From Thraustochytrium aureum (Eukaryota), in assembly GCA_012862495.1 (NCBI GenBank), contig BLSG01000197.1, positions 124,591-188,590 on the forward strand: a stretch of 64,000 nt of DNA, given 5' to 3'. Made by a program: the position numbers and the translations under genes. Positions 12,033 to 24,463 of this stretch are shown here, piece after piece. The notes under the pieces were generated by a model. The model did not search any database. It saw only the letters and a program-made list of their open reading frames with translations, and had not been told where the DNA came from. Numbering within the stretch: the stretch's first letter is position 1; each line of letters opens with the position of its first letter.

Positions 12033-15000
12033 TCAGCCGCTCTCGTCCTGCAGGACTTGCCTCCTGCTCTGCTTGGCGCGGAAAAAGACTCTGGATCTTC
12101 GTTGCAGACTCCATCTCAGGCGACCGCGCCGCCCGCGCGGATTGAAACCCGTCAGGCCGCTCCCACTGCGTGATGCTCGTCGACTGGTTCCAGTAGTAGT
12201 ACTGCCCCGACTGCGGGTCGTACTGCTTGACCCAGTCCGTCGCCGCTTCTGAAGGACCAGGCTCTGTTGGCGCGACGCTCGGACCCGTGTCCTCGCTTGA
12301 GGCGTTGAGCGCAGCGCTCTCACGAGCTGCTGGAGTGGCAGCGACAGCAGGCGCGCTCAAGAGCTCCTCTATCTCTGTGGCCGTCGGTGCTGTGTCGGCT
12401 GCTACGGCGGTGTGTTTCTTGGTCCTCCTCTCGCTCCGAGCAGCGCGATCGCTGCCGCCCTCGCCAGTCGTCCCGGACACGCTGCCGTCGTTTTGCTCGC
12501 CGCTCTCGTCGTCGTCATCGTCATCATCTTTGATAATCGTGAGCACGGTCTGGAGGTCGATGCCAAGGTGTTTGATCATCCAGCTGTTGAGCGTCTTCTT
12601 CTTTGCCTCCGCCAGCACCTCGAGTTTTTCAAGCTTATCCTCCAGGATTGTGGCGATGCGTCGACCTCGGGCGCGAAGAGCATGAGCCAGCTTGCTCGAG
12701 CGCGAGTTCGCGGCTGGGACCTCGGTGACAGCGGCCTCGGTTTTTGCGACCTCAACAACCTCAGGGCGAGGCACGAGCTGCGAAACCCCAATAGCATAGC
12801 TCGAATCGATCCGGACCTCAAACGGACCCTCCATGCCGGCGTCGTACGTGGCTACCATGAGGACATAGTACCCAGGCGCCGTGACGGTGACGTTGAGGTG
12901 CTTTTCGTACTGCCGATCAGGATGCCCCGTCCAAGCAGCCACGCAGCTCGCGACAAGGTCCGTGTGGGCCGAACGTGGCGCAGCCTCTGCGCATCAGTTC
13001 GAAGGAGAATGGCCGCGAACGGCTGCGGCTCGGACACCATAGAGCCGTCTGGAAGCGTCTGGGATATCTTGAGGTGCAAATCGACGGGACGCTGAATGTC
13101 GAGGACCCACTGAGGGTTTCGGCGCAGCCTGCAGTCAGGGTTGTGCTTGGAAGGGAGCCCGGCAGAGGTCCCGTCCATATCGCTCCACACCCCGCGCAGA
13201 TTCACGTGGCGCCAAATGCTCGGGTCATAGTAATGGCACACGTACAGGCTGCGAAAGGAGAGCAAAAAGTCGTCAAAGCTCATCCAGAACGTGCCATCGT
13301 CTTCGTTCTCGGTCCATCCCAGTTTCTTCTTTAGCCGCGTCGTCCACAGCGAGGAAGAGTCGCCCCAGTCGCCACGCCACTCGCTTGTGGCCCCGGGCGG
13401 ATTGCGCAGCTGCAGCAGCCGGTGCGCGTCAACTGTTCGCACTTGGTAAATTGCGTACACCTGACCGAACACGAGCCCGCTGTCCAGCAGCTCGGCGCTA
13501 GCGGCGTTGTTGGCGACGGTGCCGCAGCCCATCAAAAACCCGTTCCGGGCGTATCGCGAGAGCTTTTCCCAGAGCCGCACACGGGCAGGGCCCTGTGAGG
13601 CCTCGAGGAGAAAGATCTCCTCTGCGTCGTAGCCTGTCAGCGTTCGCAGCGCGTGGTGGACGTAGCCGTTCTCCAGCATTGAGTAGGTCCCTAGTACTTG
13701 GCGTAGGCTTTCTCCAGCAGCGAGACCCACATCTCATCAAAGCGAAGGCTGTGGCTGCACGCAGCCCCGGCGTTCTTCTCGGTAACAAACTTTTCGTCCA
13801 GAACGGGAAACTTGTCGTCGACAAGCACCAACTCCCACTGCGAGTTTTTGTACAGCTGGATCGCGTAGGCGCCGACCTCGTTCCGAGTCTTGCTGATAAA
13901 CAGGTTGTCAATCAGGGGGTCGACCTCCTCGTCCCCCACCGAGCCAGACGCTGCAAGGATTGCCACGGCGGAGAGAAACCACCCGTTGTGCAAAACGCCT
14001 TGCGAGACATCGTCCGGGTCTGTTCCGCCTGCAAAGAGCTCGACGTCGCCGTTGATTTCGCGAGCGCGCTTCCAGCCCGAAATCATGTACTCGTTGTAGA
14101 TGCCCGAGACCGAGTACGGCCCAGAGATGAACTCGGGGTCTTGAAAGACGCGCACCGGCTCGGCGTCGCCCTCAAATTTGACCATCGCGGTATTCAGGCC
14201 CTTCTCGATCTCTTCGAGTCGCTCTCGAGCATTGGTGACGATCTCGGGCTCCGAGGGGAGCCCAAGCGCCGCGCGCCCAGGCTCTGCAGTCCCTGCTTGG
14301 TGCGCGCGGCGCTCGCGGCGCCGGGCAAAGTCCTCCAGTTGGCGGCGCCCGCGCTCCTGGTCGTGCTGCATCTGCCACTCCTCAAGCGACCTGGCGTGCT
14401 CGGCAAGCTGCTGGTCTTCCTGCAAACGCCGCTCCTCGACCTTTTCGACCTCGCGCGCAAAAACTTGCTTCAGAGCGTAAAACCTGTCGCGCTGCTCGGG
14501 CGAGAGGCGCAAGAGCCACATCGCCACCAGCCCGACGTCCACAGTTGCCCACGACTTGGACTTGAATATGGTCTTCGGCGGCTCTATTTTGTTGGCGAGC
14601 AACTTGAAACGATACTCGCGCAAGAACCGCTGAAACAGGATGGCCTCCTTGCTCTTTCGGCCCTCGCTCGCGACGACAACGAGCATCTGGAAGAGCGCGT
14701 TTGCGCGCATCTCCTCAGCAAACTCGCGCGCCAAGCCCACGTCCAGGCGGGGGAGCTGCTGATAAACCTTCCAGCAGTCCAGGAGCTCAACGTTCTCGAC
14801 CGCGTCGGCGTCTTCGTCGCCTGCTTCGGGCGCCGTGTTTGCGTTGAACGTGTAGCACTCTGTCCATTTCGGGTTGAGATTCTTTGGCACCACGCTCGTG
14901 GAGAACGCATCGAGCCCGCACTTGACGACGCAAAACGGGTCGCTCGTGCCACCTTTGTCAGCAGCGCGCAAGCCGCGTGCTGCCACGACCGTTACCTGCA

Positions 15001-17933
15001 GGCTTGCCAGCGAGGCCTTCAGACCGTACTCGGTCACAGGCGCCGTCGTCAGCACCGCTATCTTGACCTCGCCGGTGGCGCGCGTTTTGCCAAAGCCGCC
15101 TTCAAGGGGGTACCACTGCACGCTTTCGACGCCTGGCTCCAAGTCAGGGAGGTAGACGTCTGTGCCGCCCAGAAAGTCACTGGTAAAGAGGTCCTTGTCG
15201 CGGATCTCCACCTGGAGAGTATCGTCCACTGGAGGAAACGTGAAGCGCCCCCCGCCCCTCGTCCCGGTCCAGTCCGGGTCGAGCGTCTTGTACACCACGG
15301 GGGTGCGACGGGAAAACGTTCCACACTCAACAATGCAAAACGGGTCACTTGTGCCCCCTGCATCAGCAGCGCGCAGCCCCCTCGCGCGCAGCACCACAAC
15401 GCGGACCTGCAGGTCCTTCTCCCCGAACACGTTGGCGACCTCGACTTGGACCTGTATTTCACCCGTTGCCTCTTCTTTCGTCCCCTCCTTTTTTCGGCGG
15501 ATTCAAGCGGGTGCCAAGCGATGTGGATCTGGTCCGGTTCGAGCTCGTCGAGCTCGATCTCGACGAACCCAAGGTCGTCGTTTGCGCTTGTGAGGTCCCA
15601 GTCCTTGACGGAGATCTTGAGCATGTCGCCCCCGGGGCCGAGCTCGTCCACGAGGCGGTCCAGCTGGTCATACTCCTCCTCGTCGTCATCGCTGTCGCTG
15701 TCTTCGACTCCGGCGATGGGGCCGTCGAGGATCATCTTGCCTTCGCTGGGGGCCCCTTCGATGTGCACCTTCGCGCCGCCGCCTCTGTTGTTCCGTTTCT
15801 TGCCGACGCGTGTGTTGCGCTTTCCTCGGAGCTTTGCCGGGTCCTTGTACATTTCGTAAAGTTTTGGCAGCAACCCACCGAGTGCAAGCGGCGCCAGCGG
15901 GCCTTTGCCAGTGTGAAAGGCGTCGTGCATGCACGCGGCGAGCGTCATTGTGCGGTCTCGGCGCGGCTTGCCAAGGCGGTCGTAAACGAGCTTGCGCTCA
16001 GCTTTGTCAATGACCTCGACCATCTCGCGGGCAGAGAATCGCTTCTCGAATTCCATAACCTTGCTGCGCTTTGTGGCCCACGCGGTGTACTTGTTCAGGC
16101 TCTTTTGCATCGCGGCCTCCTCCTTGTCACGGCGCTCGTACTCGTCGCAGACCACTTCAAAGTTGCTGCGCCGCGCTTCAAACACGGCCCGGGCCTGCTT
16201 GGCCGCGTCTTTGAGCTCGCGCTCGTCTGCGCACAGCGTGGCGCTGGCCATCCAGATCGGGGTGCGAGAGACCAGGTAAGAGGTGAGCGTCATCATGCAC
16301 ACGAAGGCAAACGACACAATGCCGACACCAACGTCCAGCGGGTCTATGAATACGATGCACGAGGCGCCCCACAGCAACAGAACGAACTGGATCTTGTACA
16401 TGGCGATGCCAATCTGGGTTTGGTCGACGAGGTCATTGTTCACCGGGTCGAGCGAGTACACGGGAAAGATAAAGGTCGAGAAGAAGAGTGGCGTGCTGCT
16501 CGATATCGTTGCCATCAACCGGAGCAGGTCTGCGGCTAGCCGCGCCACGAGGCTCCCAAAAGCAACCGATAGGCAGAAAAAGACCCCAGAGTTGCTCGAG
16601 ACCGTGAACGTCAGGCCAAGGAGAAACGCCGCGTTCCAAAAGCGTCGCGTGGCAATGCAACCCACCGCGCCCAAGCCGCAGAACACCGACCACGGCATGT
16701 ACGTCGGGATTGTGAGCGCGCCGAAGAATGCAGCCACGATGTTGAGCGCCGCGTTCAAGAGGCCCTGGTGGTGCATCGGGAGGTAGAACCCGTTGTTTGC
16801 CCAGACGTGCAGAAGGTACACGGCACTTGCGCAAACAAGCGTCAGCATCGTCAACACAAAGCCAATTTGAGGGCTTGCGAACAGAAAAGCCATGAACGAC
16901 GTGAACAGGAAGAGCCCAAAGCAGCGCTTGAGCATCTTGATCATCTCGTCCGTGATCTTCCAGTCGCTATCTCGCCAGATCATCAGTATAGCTCCAGTGG
17001 CCAGGATGGCTGGCCACAGGGGCAAGCTCAGCATGAGCCAGATCGTCGTGGGGTGCGTCATTGATACGCCCAGCACGTCCACGAAAAGCAACAGGCTGCC
17101 GACAAACTCGAGAAAGAGCGAAAACTTGAACGACGCGACCATGTCGCTCGAAATGGTCTGCGTTCCATAAAACTTGCGGACGGGGGCGAAGGAAAATACA
17201 AGCAAGAAGAACGAGTACCACACCGTCGTGCCCCACCACGCATTCGCCTCCGTGTGCGACAAGGTGACCCCGTATGCGAGGACCAAAACCGAGGTGGCCA
17301 GCATTGCGTTGAGCATCGAGTAGTCGATTCGGGTCAGCTTGCCATGCCAAAGCGCCTCCATTTCGGTCATTTTCAAGGGGTCCTCCTCGTCCGTGATTTT
17401 GAGCATCTTTTTCAGCTTCGGGACCGCCTTGGCTCGCGCTTTTGCCGTTGCGGTGCGCACTCGCCCGCGAACGTCTGGCAGCTTGGCTGAGATCCTGTCT
17501 CTGAGATCTGCCGGGTTGGGGCACTTGAAGCGCATCGCAGCCGCCCGAGCCTGGAGCTCGCGCTTGGTCATCTTTTTCTCTCTTTTGGTCAGCTTCTTCT
17601 CGGCTGGAGTAAGAAGCGCAACGTTTTCTTCTGGACCTGCTGCCCCCTCAGCTGTGCCGATCTCTGCCTCTTGGCCATTTGGTGCGGAATATCCTTCTTG
17701 CGGCTGGGCGCTGATTTCGTTCCCTGACTCTGGGTCGAGCGAAGGACCATCGTTGCCGCCTTGCTCAGACTGTCCTCCTGTGCCGTCATCATCAGTCTTG
17801 CCTTCCCCAAGCTCGGTTGGTTCGTCCGCAGGCCCCTCGATCGGCGCGTCACTTGGTGGGTCCTTTTTGCTGGGACCTTTCTCGTCAGACTGTCCCTCGC
17901 CCTCCTCCTCGCCTTGTTTCTCCTCGTCCTCGC

Positions 17934-17967
<34 letters not shown>

Positions 17968-20900
17968 ACCCTCGTCCTCCTCGTCGCTATCGTCGTAGGT
18001 CTTGGTGGCCTTTTGAGCAAGGTTGATGGGTTTGCGAAACGCCACATTTGGAATGCCAATCTTTCCCTTCCGGAGGTCACTTGCACGCGCTTTAATTGTT
18101 GGTGAAAGGCGCTCGTTGATCTTCGAGATGTTTGTAATCAAGGCGCGCTTCACCCCTGCAATACCTTCGTTTTCATCATCGCTCTCGTCCTCGTCGTCCT
18201 CGTCGTCGTCGTCGCCTTCATCGTCCGCGATGCCAGCCTTCGACTTGCGCTTCTCTGGCCCAAGGCCCTCCTCTTCCTCGCCGCTCTCGTCGCCAAAGTC
18301 GTCCTCCTCATCCTCTTCGTCTGTTGAGTCGTCTTGCTCGGATGGGACTCGCTTGCTCGGGTTCTCGAACACGTTGAAGTCGTTGGCCACCCAGTGGTTG
18401 TAGATTTTCAGGCATGCGCCGACGATGAGGGGCCAAAACACGGCCGAGACAAAGACAAACACGGACGAAGTCATCGCGTAGATGAGGAGCCCGCTCATGA
18501 CCACCAAAAGCTCCGCCAACGCCACAAGCTGCATGGGGAGGTTCATCCACCGGAAGAGCAAGTACGTTTTGGACCGCAAGAGGCTCTCGCGTTGCAGCAT
18601 GAGCGCCCTGTTGGCTAGTCCCAAGACCACGTTCACCGTGACGACAACAAAGGCGGCAACTCCAAAGATCCAGACCTTCCACTGCTGGCCGCCAATGGCA
18701 ACCGCCGGAATCGCCTCGTCTGGAACGCGAAACACGTACGCAAGCAGCGCAAAGAGGAACAGAAAGCTGAGCGCGCCGAGGACGAATTCCGGCATAGCGC
18801 TGACATCGTTCTTGCGCTTGCGCTTGCCCTGGCCAAGCCCAAAGTACGCAATGGCGCCGGCTCGATCGGCACCAAAAGTCCGCATGCGCTGGCTTATAAT
18901 CTCCGTGCCAAGAGCAGATCCGTAGAGAAAGTAGGCCAAGCCAACGCCGACCAGCCAGTTGTCCCCAGAGCAGAGGGCGAGGACGGCCCGGCCGGCAAAG
19001 GACAGGCTGACGTACTGGCCCGTGCTCCACGCGCACGGCCCTCGCAACAAAGCAAAAAGAGCCGTGTCAAGCACGACGACGGCGAAGGAGAGCCCAAACC
19101 CCTGCGAGCTGTACCGCGCGTCGCACTTTGCGTGCACGATGCTCGAGTACACGAGGAGAATGACGAGCGAAAGCGAGTACGCACGCCGCACAAGGGCGCG
19201 CCGCTTGCGTTTGCCACCCGTAAACCAGCGCCGCACAGTGTCAGTGTACTGAAACGCCGCAACATTGTCGTCCACGGTGAAGATGCTGCCGAGCAGCGCG
19301 CCAAAGGGCTTGGCGTCCTTTTTGGACGCCGGTTTGGCATCCTCTTCCGGCGTGGCAGCGCTTTGTTCCGCGCGCATCTTACTGCTCAGCATTGCCATCT
19401 TGAGCCCCATGGTCCCGAGCGCCTGAAACTTGTTTTTCACCGCGGCGATCTTGGTATTCTTGTCCACGACCCGCTGGAGCTGCGTAAAGGCCTCGTGCAG
19501 CTGGTCGTTGTCTAGAAAGAACACTGCGATGAGCGGAACGGCGTTCAGCGTAAAGGCAACGCAGGTGAGACTGAAAATCGAGTAGGGCTCGCCGGCGTCG
19601 ATGACCCTCATGTCAAAACAAACAGAAAAGAAGAGAAACAGGAAGAGCGAGGTGAACCCAAATGCAAAGCCCAGCAGGCGCGTACGCGACATGCGCCACC
19701 CGCTCTTGTGCCACGTTTCAAAGCAGTAGAGGATGGTCCCAACGCCGATGCCAATGCAAAGAACGGCAACGCCCGCCGCCGCGGGAACGGCGAGAAGAGC
19801 GATGCTGAGGCCATACGAGAGGCAGGTCACAAAGGGGACGCACAGGACGATTTTGGCACCGAGAGTGACAAAGTACAAGTTGCGGCGAAAGTCGACGTTC
19901 GCCTTCGAACCATTCTGGTATATGGGCCGGAAAACGAGCGCGATGAGGTTGTCCGCCTCGTCAGTGGAGGCCCCGGCAAGGAGGGCACTCTCAATGCGGT
20001 CTGGCCGGAAGCTAATTTGCCGGAAGAATGTGCGCTGCACGAGGATAAAAGGCGCCAAGCAGACGAGCATCTCCAGCACCAATGGGAAAAAGGTGTCCCG
20101 CTCAAACTCTGTCCTGTACGCCACGTCAGGCTGGTCAACGAACGGGGTCATGACGGCTACCACGACATACATGGCCTCGTTCTTGTACTCTTCGCCATCC
20201 GCCACGGCGATCCCATAGTTGGGGTACCCAAGGTCGAACGGAACTCCGGCATCCATTTGGGACACCAGCGCAGAGTACACTTGTTCTGGAGCCTTGTCCG
20301 GCGCGAGCATGACCTGGCCGTCGGCAGGCTCGCTCCAGGTAGACTCGTCTCGGAGCCACTCGGGGCGGTTGTCAAAGTCTTCTTGTCTCCGGAACACGTA
20401 TATGGTGGCATCGATGTTGGCTTGCACCGTGGCGTAAGGGCCGGCAACCGCGAGGTTCTTGTCTTCGGGGCTGGTTTGCAACATCAAGCCGCCTTTGGCT
20501 TTGTCGAAGGTGGGAAAGTTGGGATCGACCTTTTCGCCAACGTACATCCTTCCCCACTGGCCGACCTCGTACTCGCCGTTCGTAATCCTCGCACTCGCTG
20601 TGGTGACGGGAATTCTGCGCTGAGCAGTATGGACCTGCACAACGGTCAGCTGGAAAGGGACTACGGTCATCCGCAAGCGCAGGCACATTGCACTGGGGTC
20701 TGCTGACGCACTCCACGGCCAGGTCTCGCGCCCTTTGCAGTTGGCTCCGTCAGCTAGCGGTATCCAGGACTCCTCCGAGCACACCTGCCTCGTGCATGTT
20801 GGTGCGCCGCTGCCTTCGGGGTCCTCAAAGCACGAGCAGTCAAGCACGGGGAGCGTGACCTCGTTGACTAGCTTGTCGCCCCCCGAAAAGAGGAGCTCCA

Positions 20901-21334
20901 GACCTTCTTCGTAGTCGAAGACCTGTATTCTCATCTTGGTCCCGGAGGCCTGAGCGCCCATCTCGAGCACCTCGCCTCCTCCAGGCCACACTGGCCTTGT
21001 ACTCCCCGACACAGCATTTGTTCGCCGCAAGACGGCGGCCTCTGCCTCGACGGCCTCGGTCCCAGGCGCGGCGCTGGCTCGCCCTGCCTTCTTGTCGATC
21101 CGACACACAACGTAGGGGTCAGGGAGCCCGGCGAACGGCCCCCATCCGTCGGTGTCTTCCAGGCCGGTTGCTTCAATAACGGTGATTGTCAGGTTGCCTC
21201 CTCGTGTCTCGCCGTGGGGGCTCGGGCACCCATTCCAGCAGTTAAATGCGCCGGAGACGGGCGTGCGCATGCCTGCGCCCCACCGCTGCGCTTAGCCAGG
21301 CCACGGCCGCAACCACGCTCGCGGCCGTCCGCAT
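12033..21334 (-). CDS. Giant multi-TM calpain-like protein (DEK1-type): signal peptide, C2, multi-TM, C2 array, CysPc (catalytically degenerate), calpain domain III, WW, IQ; split by ~5 indels
   Basis: Joins ORFs 21427-21242 (signal MRTAASVVAAVAWLSAAVG), 21270-15058, 15430-13691, 13730-12852, 12942-11965 and 12323-12033. C2 motifs are TGLEDTD...PDPYV and ARGLRAADAGGTSDPF. CysPc motifs are WELVLVDDKFP, WVSLLEKAYAK and DDGTFWMSFDDF; domain III has RNPQW. WW is WVKQYDPQSGQYYYWNQSTSITQWERP, and IQ is IQSLFRAKQSRR once one T is removed from the run at 12082-12086. Confidence 0.88.
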
Positions 21335-21812
21335 CCTCCTCCGCGGTCTATCCCGCATCCAGCCCGGACGGGGCGATCCCGCCGTGCCGCCTGCGGCACG
21401 CCAAGCTGCGCGATCCGCGCGTGGCAAAAAGTCGCCAGACTTTCAGCACAGAGTCAGGTCGGTCGCCGGCCTGGAGTCCCGTGCGCCTCCGCCTCGGCCG
21501 CCGCGAGTGCGTTCGTCCGGGCCACGCACGGCCCCAGCCTCCACGCCTTGCACGCGGTATCGCGACTCAACACCCGGAGCTCCCCGAGCTCGTCTTTCGC
21601 TGCGCAATTCGTGACTGGCTGCCCGTCACGCTCCTNNNNNNNNNNNNNNNNNNNNNNNNNNNNNNNNNNNNNNNNNNNNNNNNNNNNNNNNNNNNNNNNN
21701 NNNNNNNNNNNNNNNNNNNNNNNNNNNNNNNNNNNNNNNNNNNNNNNNNNNNNNNNNNNNNNNNNNNNNNNNNNNNNNNNNNNNNNNNNNNNNNNNNNNN
21801 NNNNNNNNNNNN

Positions 21813-21928
21813 GGCTGCGTTCCCGGCTGCGTTCCCGGCTGGGTTCCCGGCTGCGTTCCCGGCTGGGTTCCTGCTCGCGTTCCTTCCCAGCCGCGTTCCC
21901 GCCTGCGTTCCCGCCTGCGTTCCCGGCT
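21813..21928. repeat. 12-bp GC-rich minisatellite (GCTGCGTTCCCG)n adjoining an N gap
   Basis: Imperfect tandem ggctgcgttccc/ggctgggttccc/gcctgcgttccc units read directly. Confidence 0.85.
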
Positions 21929-22361
21929 GGCAAGTGCCTGCCTCGTGCTCCCACGCGCGCTCCCGAGCGGCCCCTTCCCATGCGCGTCTGCTGTTCTGCC
22001 CCTCGCAGTCCCCGCTCAACGGTCGTATACTCGCCGAAACACGTGCACACCTCTAGGGGTGCACACCCTCCGAGTCCGTCCCCACACTGCGGAACGCGGT
22101 CACTCACCGAAACACGCGCGCACCTCTCGCGAGCACGCACCCACCCAGGGAAGGAACGCGGTCTGGCCGCTCACCAAAACCGCGCACAAGCGCACCTCGC
22201 GCGTGTGCGGAACTCGGCCCTCCGCGCGGCAAAGCGCGTGGTGCACACCTTAGGTGTGCGCTGAGCAGATCAGCTGTTTAGGGGAACACGGCAAGATGGT
22301 GTGTGTGGGATCTGGAAGGACAGGAAGGAAGAGCAAGCGAGCAGGACAGTGTTGGATTGGC

Positions 22362-22362
<1 letters not shown>

Positions 22363-22389
<27 letters not shown>
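22363..22389. repeat. (CAG)9 microsatellite upstream of the RCC1-repeat gene
   Basis: Nine perfect CAG units. Confidence 0.95.
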
Positions 22390-22392
<3 letters not shown>

Positions 22393-22548
22393 GAGGAGCG
22401 GGCCGAACGAGCAGCTGCTGACCGCGATCGGCGCGACGGTCTGCGTTCTGTTCAGGCTTCCACCCGGCTGTGGTATTGGTTCCGGCGGTGCTAAGGTTCG
22501 GGTCTTGGTAAACGTTGTGGAAGGGTTTTGCCGGATTCGACAGAATCG

Positions 22549-23781
22549 ATGTGGTCGGCGCGATGGTTTCGGGCCGCACGAGCGGCCAGCGGCGCGGCGG
22601 CTGGAGGCGCGGCGCTGGTGATGGGCGCCGCAGAGGTGCAGGGCAGGCGTGCTGAGGCGCAAGCTGGCGAGAAGAGGACCCTGTATGCGTGGGGGTCCAA
22701 CCAGTTTGGGCAACTCGGGGTGTCCACGTTGGCTACGGACCAGTTCAAGCCCCAGTGCGTGGACGCCGAGCGCGGGCTTGATGCGCAGTCGATAAGCGCA
22801 TTCGGCGAGGCCTCGGCCGTGGCGGACCAGGAGGGAAGTGTGCTAGTGTTTGGCCGCAGTGGGCACGGCAGCTTGGGGCAGGGCGACGCGTTCGACAATT
22901 GCACGGCGCCAAAGCCGATTCCGGAGCTCGAGGGGCTCGGCGCGCGTAGCATCGCCCTGGGCGAGTTTCACATGGCCTGCGTCGACAAGAATGGCGCTCT
23001 TTGGACAGCGGGTAGAAACTGGACAGGCGAGGTAGGGAGATCGGGGGAGTCCTCGCGCATGGGCCAAGCTGCAGGAGGAATCCGCTTCACGCAGGCCGCC
23101 TGTGGGCGCACCTTTTCGGCCGCAGTGGACGAAGAGGGCCGCCTGTTCACCTGGGGAAACGGAAAGCAAGGCGTTCTTGGGAGCGGCAAGCTTGAGCCGG
23201 TTTCCGAGCCAGTTGCAGTCGCGCTTCCGGGCGGGGTGCGGGCTGTTGGAGTCGACTGCGGGCAAGAGGTCCTCCTCGTCGTCACTGAGGACGGCAAAGT
23301 GCTTAGCTGTGGCAACAACGACTACGGCAAACTTGGCTACGAATCTGCGCGCATCCAGCCGCAGCTTCGGCCCATCGCCGCGCTCGCTCGCGAGAAGGTG
23401 GTCGCCGTTGCAGCTGGTGACTATCACTGTGCGGCCCTCACAGAGGACGGCAAGCTGTTCACTTGGGGCGCTGGCGGCGACGGCCAGCTGGGGCATGGGT
23501 CCCGGCGCGACTTGACCACTCCAACGCAGGTCCGCACGCTCAACAGCACGCCGATCAGCATGGTCGCGTGCGGCGGCAGTCACACGATGGCTGTTACGCA
23601 AAGCGGGGAGCTCTTTGTCTGGGGCAAAGGCCGCAACGGTCAGCTTGGCGCTGGCGACGAGCTCGAGAGCGTGGCAGCATACCACACGACGCCGCACCGC
23701 GTCGAGTTCTTCCGCGGCCAAAAGGTTGTCGCTGTCGCAGCAGGCCGCGACCACTCGCTCTGCCTCGTCGCAAGCAGCTGA
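22549..23781 (+). CDS. RCC1-repeat (7-blade propeller) protein, possibly mitochondrial
   Basis: RCC1 repeats LYAWGSNQFGQLG, LFTWGNGKQGVLG, VAAGDYHCAALTEDGKLFTWGAGGDGQLGHG and ACGGSHTMAVTQSGELFVWGKGRNGQLG. The N-terminus MWSARWFRAARAASG resembles a transit peptide. Confidence 0.9.
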   Translation: MWSARWFRAARAASGAAAGGAALVMGAAEVQGRRAEAQAGEKRTLYAWGSNQFGQLGVSTLATDQFKPQCVDAERGLDAQSISAFGEASAVADQEGSVLVFGRSGHGSLGQGDAFDNCTAPKPIPELEGLGARSIALGEFHMACVDKNGALWTAGRNWTGEVGRSGESSRMGQAAGGIRFTQAACGRTFSAAVDEEGRLFTWGNGKQGVLGSGKLEPVSEPVAVALPGGVRAVGVDCGQEVLLVVTEDGKVLSCGNNDYGKLGYESARIQPQLRPIAALAREKVVAVAAGDYHCAALTEDGKLFTWGAGGDGQLGHGSRRDLTTPTQVRTLNSTPISMVACGGSHTMAVTQSGELFVWGKGRNGQLGAGDELESVAAYHTTPHRVEFFRGQKVVAVAAGRDHSLCLVASS

Positions 23782-24463
23782 CGGACTCGAGCCAGACGGG
23801 CCTGCGCCTGTGCGATGAAGAGCTAGCTAGCTGGAATGATACCCACAAAACCAAGCACAAAACTGTTGGCTTGCCGTTTTCGCACCCGGGCTGCCGATCC
23901 AGTTGCCCGGTCGCTTCCGCACCGCGAAGGCGGGCATTTCGCTGCTCGCTTGCCAGTTCGATCTCCAGACCAACGTGGCGACCGAGCGCCAATCTGGTTC
24001 CAGTCTGGGCTCCTCCAAGTCGTCGGAAATCGTTCGCGCACGACGTCCCACCTCCGCGCCGCCCGCGTCAGTCGCGGGGGAGAGAGTGACGTGAGAATAG
24101 TGCTTTTGTCGTCACGAAAGACACCCTTAGTGACGGAGATTCGCCAAGTTTCGCACCAAATTGCAGCGTGCACACACACGCGCGTCAAGTGCGTCAACAA
24201 CAACAGACGCAGAGCTCGCGGAAGGACACACGTCAAGCCGAGTTCGTGCTGCGAGGGACCCTGGCCCAGCGACGCGCGCAGGCCAGAGCCGAGCGGCCAG
24301 CGCTCCCGCGTTGAGGAGCGAGGCACGCTGGGCAGGAAGCTGGCCTGGATTCCCATCCCACGGTGGCGCACCCCGCCTCGGCCACATTCCAGCGCGTGCG
24401 ACTTCGACGAGGCAAACCGCGCCGGAGAGCAACAGCGCAATTGCTGACAAGGCTCCCTGAGCG

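Noticed and set aside
13691..13693. In-frame TAG after EKAYAKY in the calpain domain, considered as stop-codon readthrough or an alternative genetic code
   Set aside because: The downstream homology (GTYSMLENG) is in a different frame, so one missing base explains it. TAG is used as a normal stop elsewhere in the window.
13595..15859. Long antisense ORFs (e.g. 754 aa at 13595-15859 +, 489 aa at 39331-40800 +, 335 aa at 53295-54302 +)
   Set aside because: They are shadow ORFs opposite real genes in high-GC DNA and carry no recognisable motifs.
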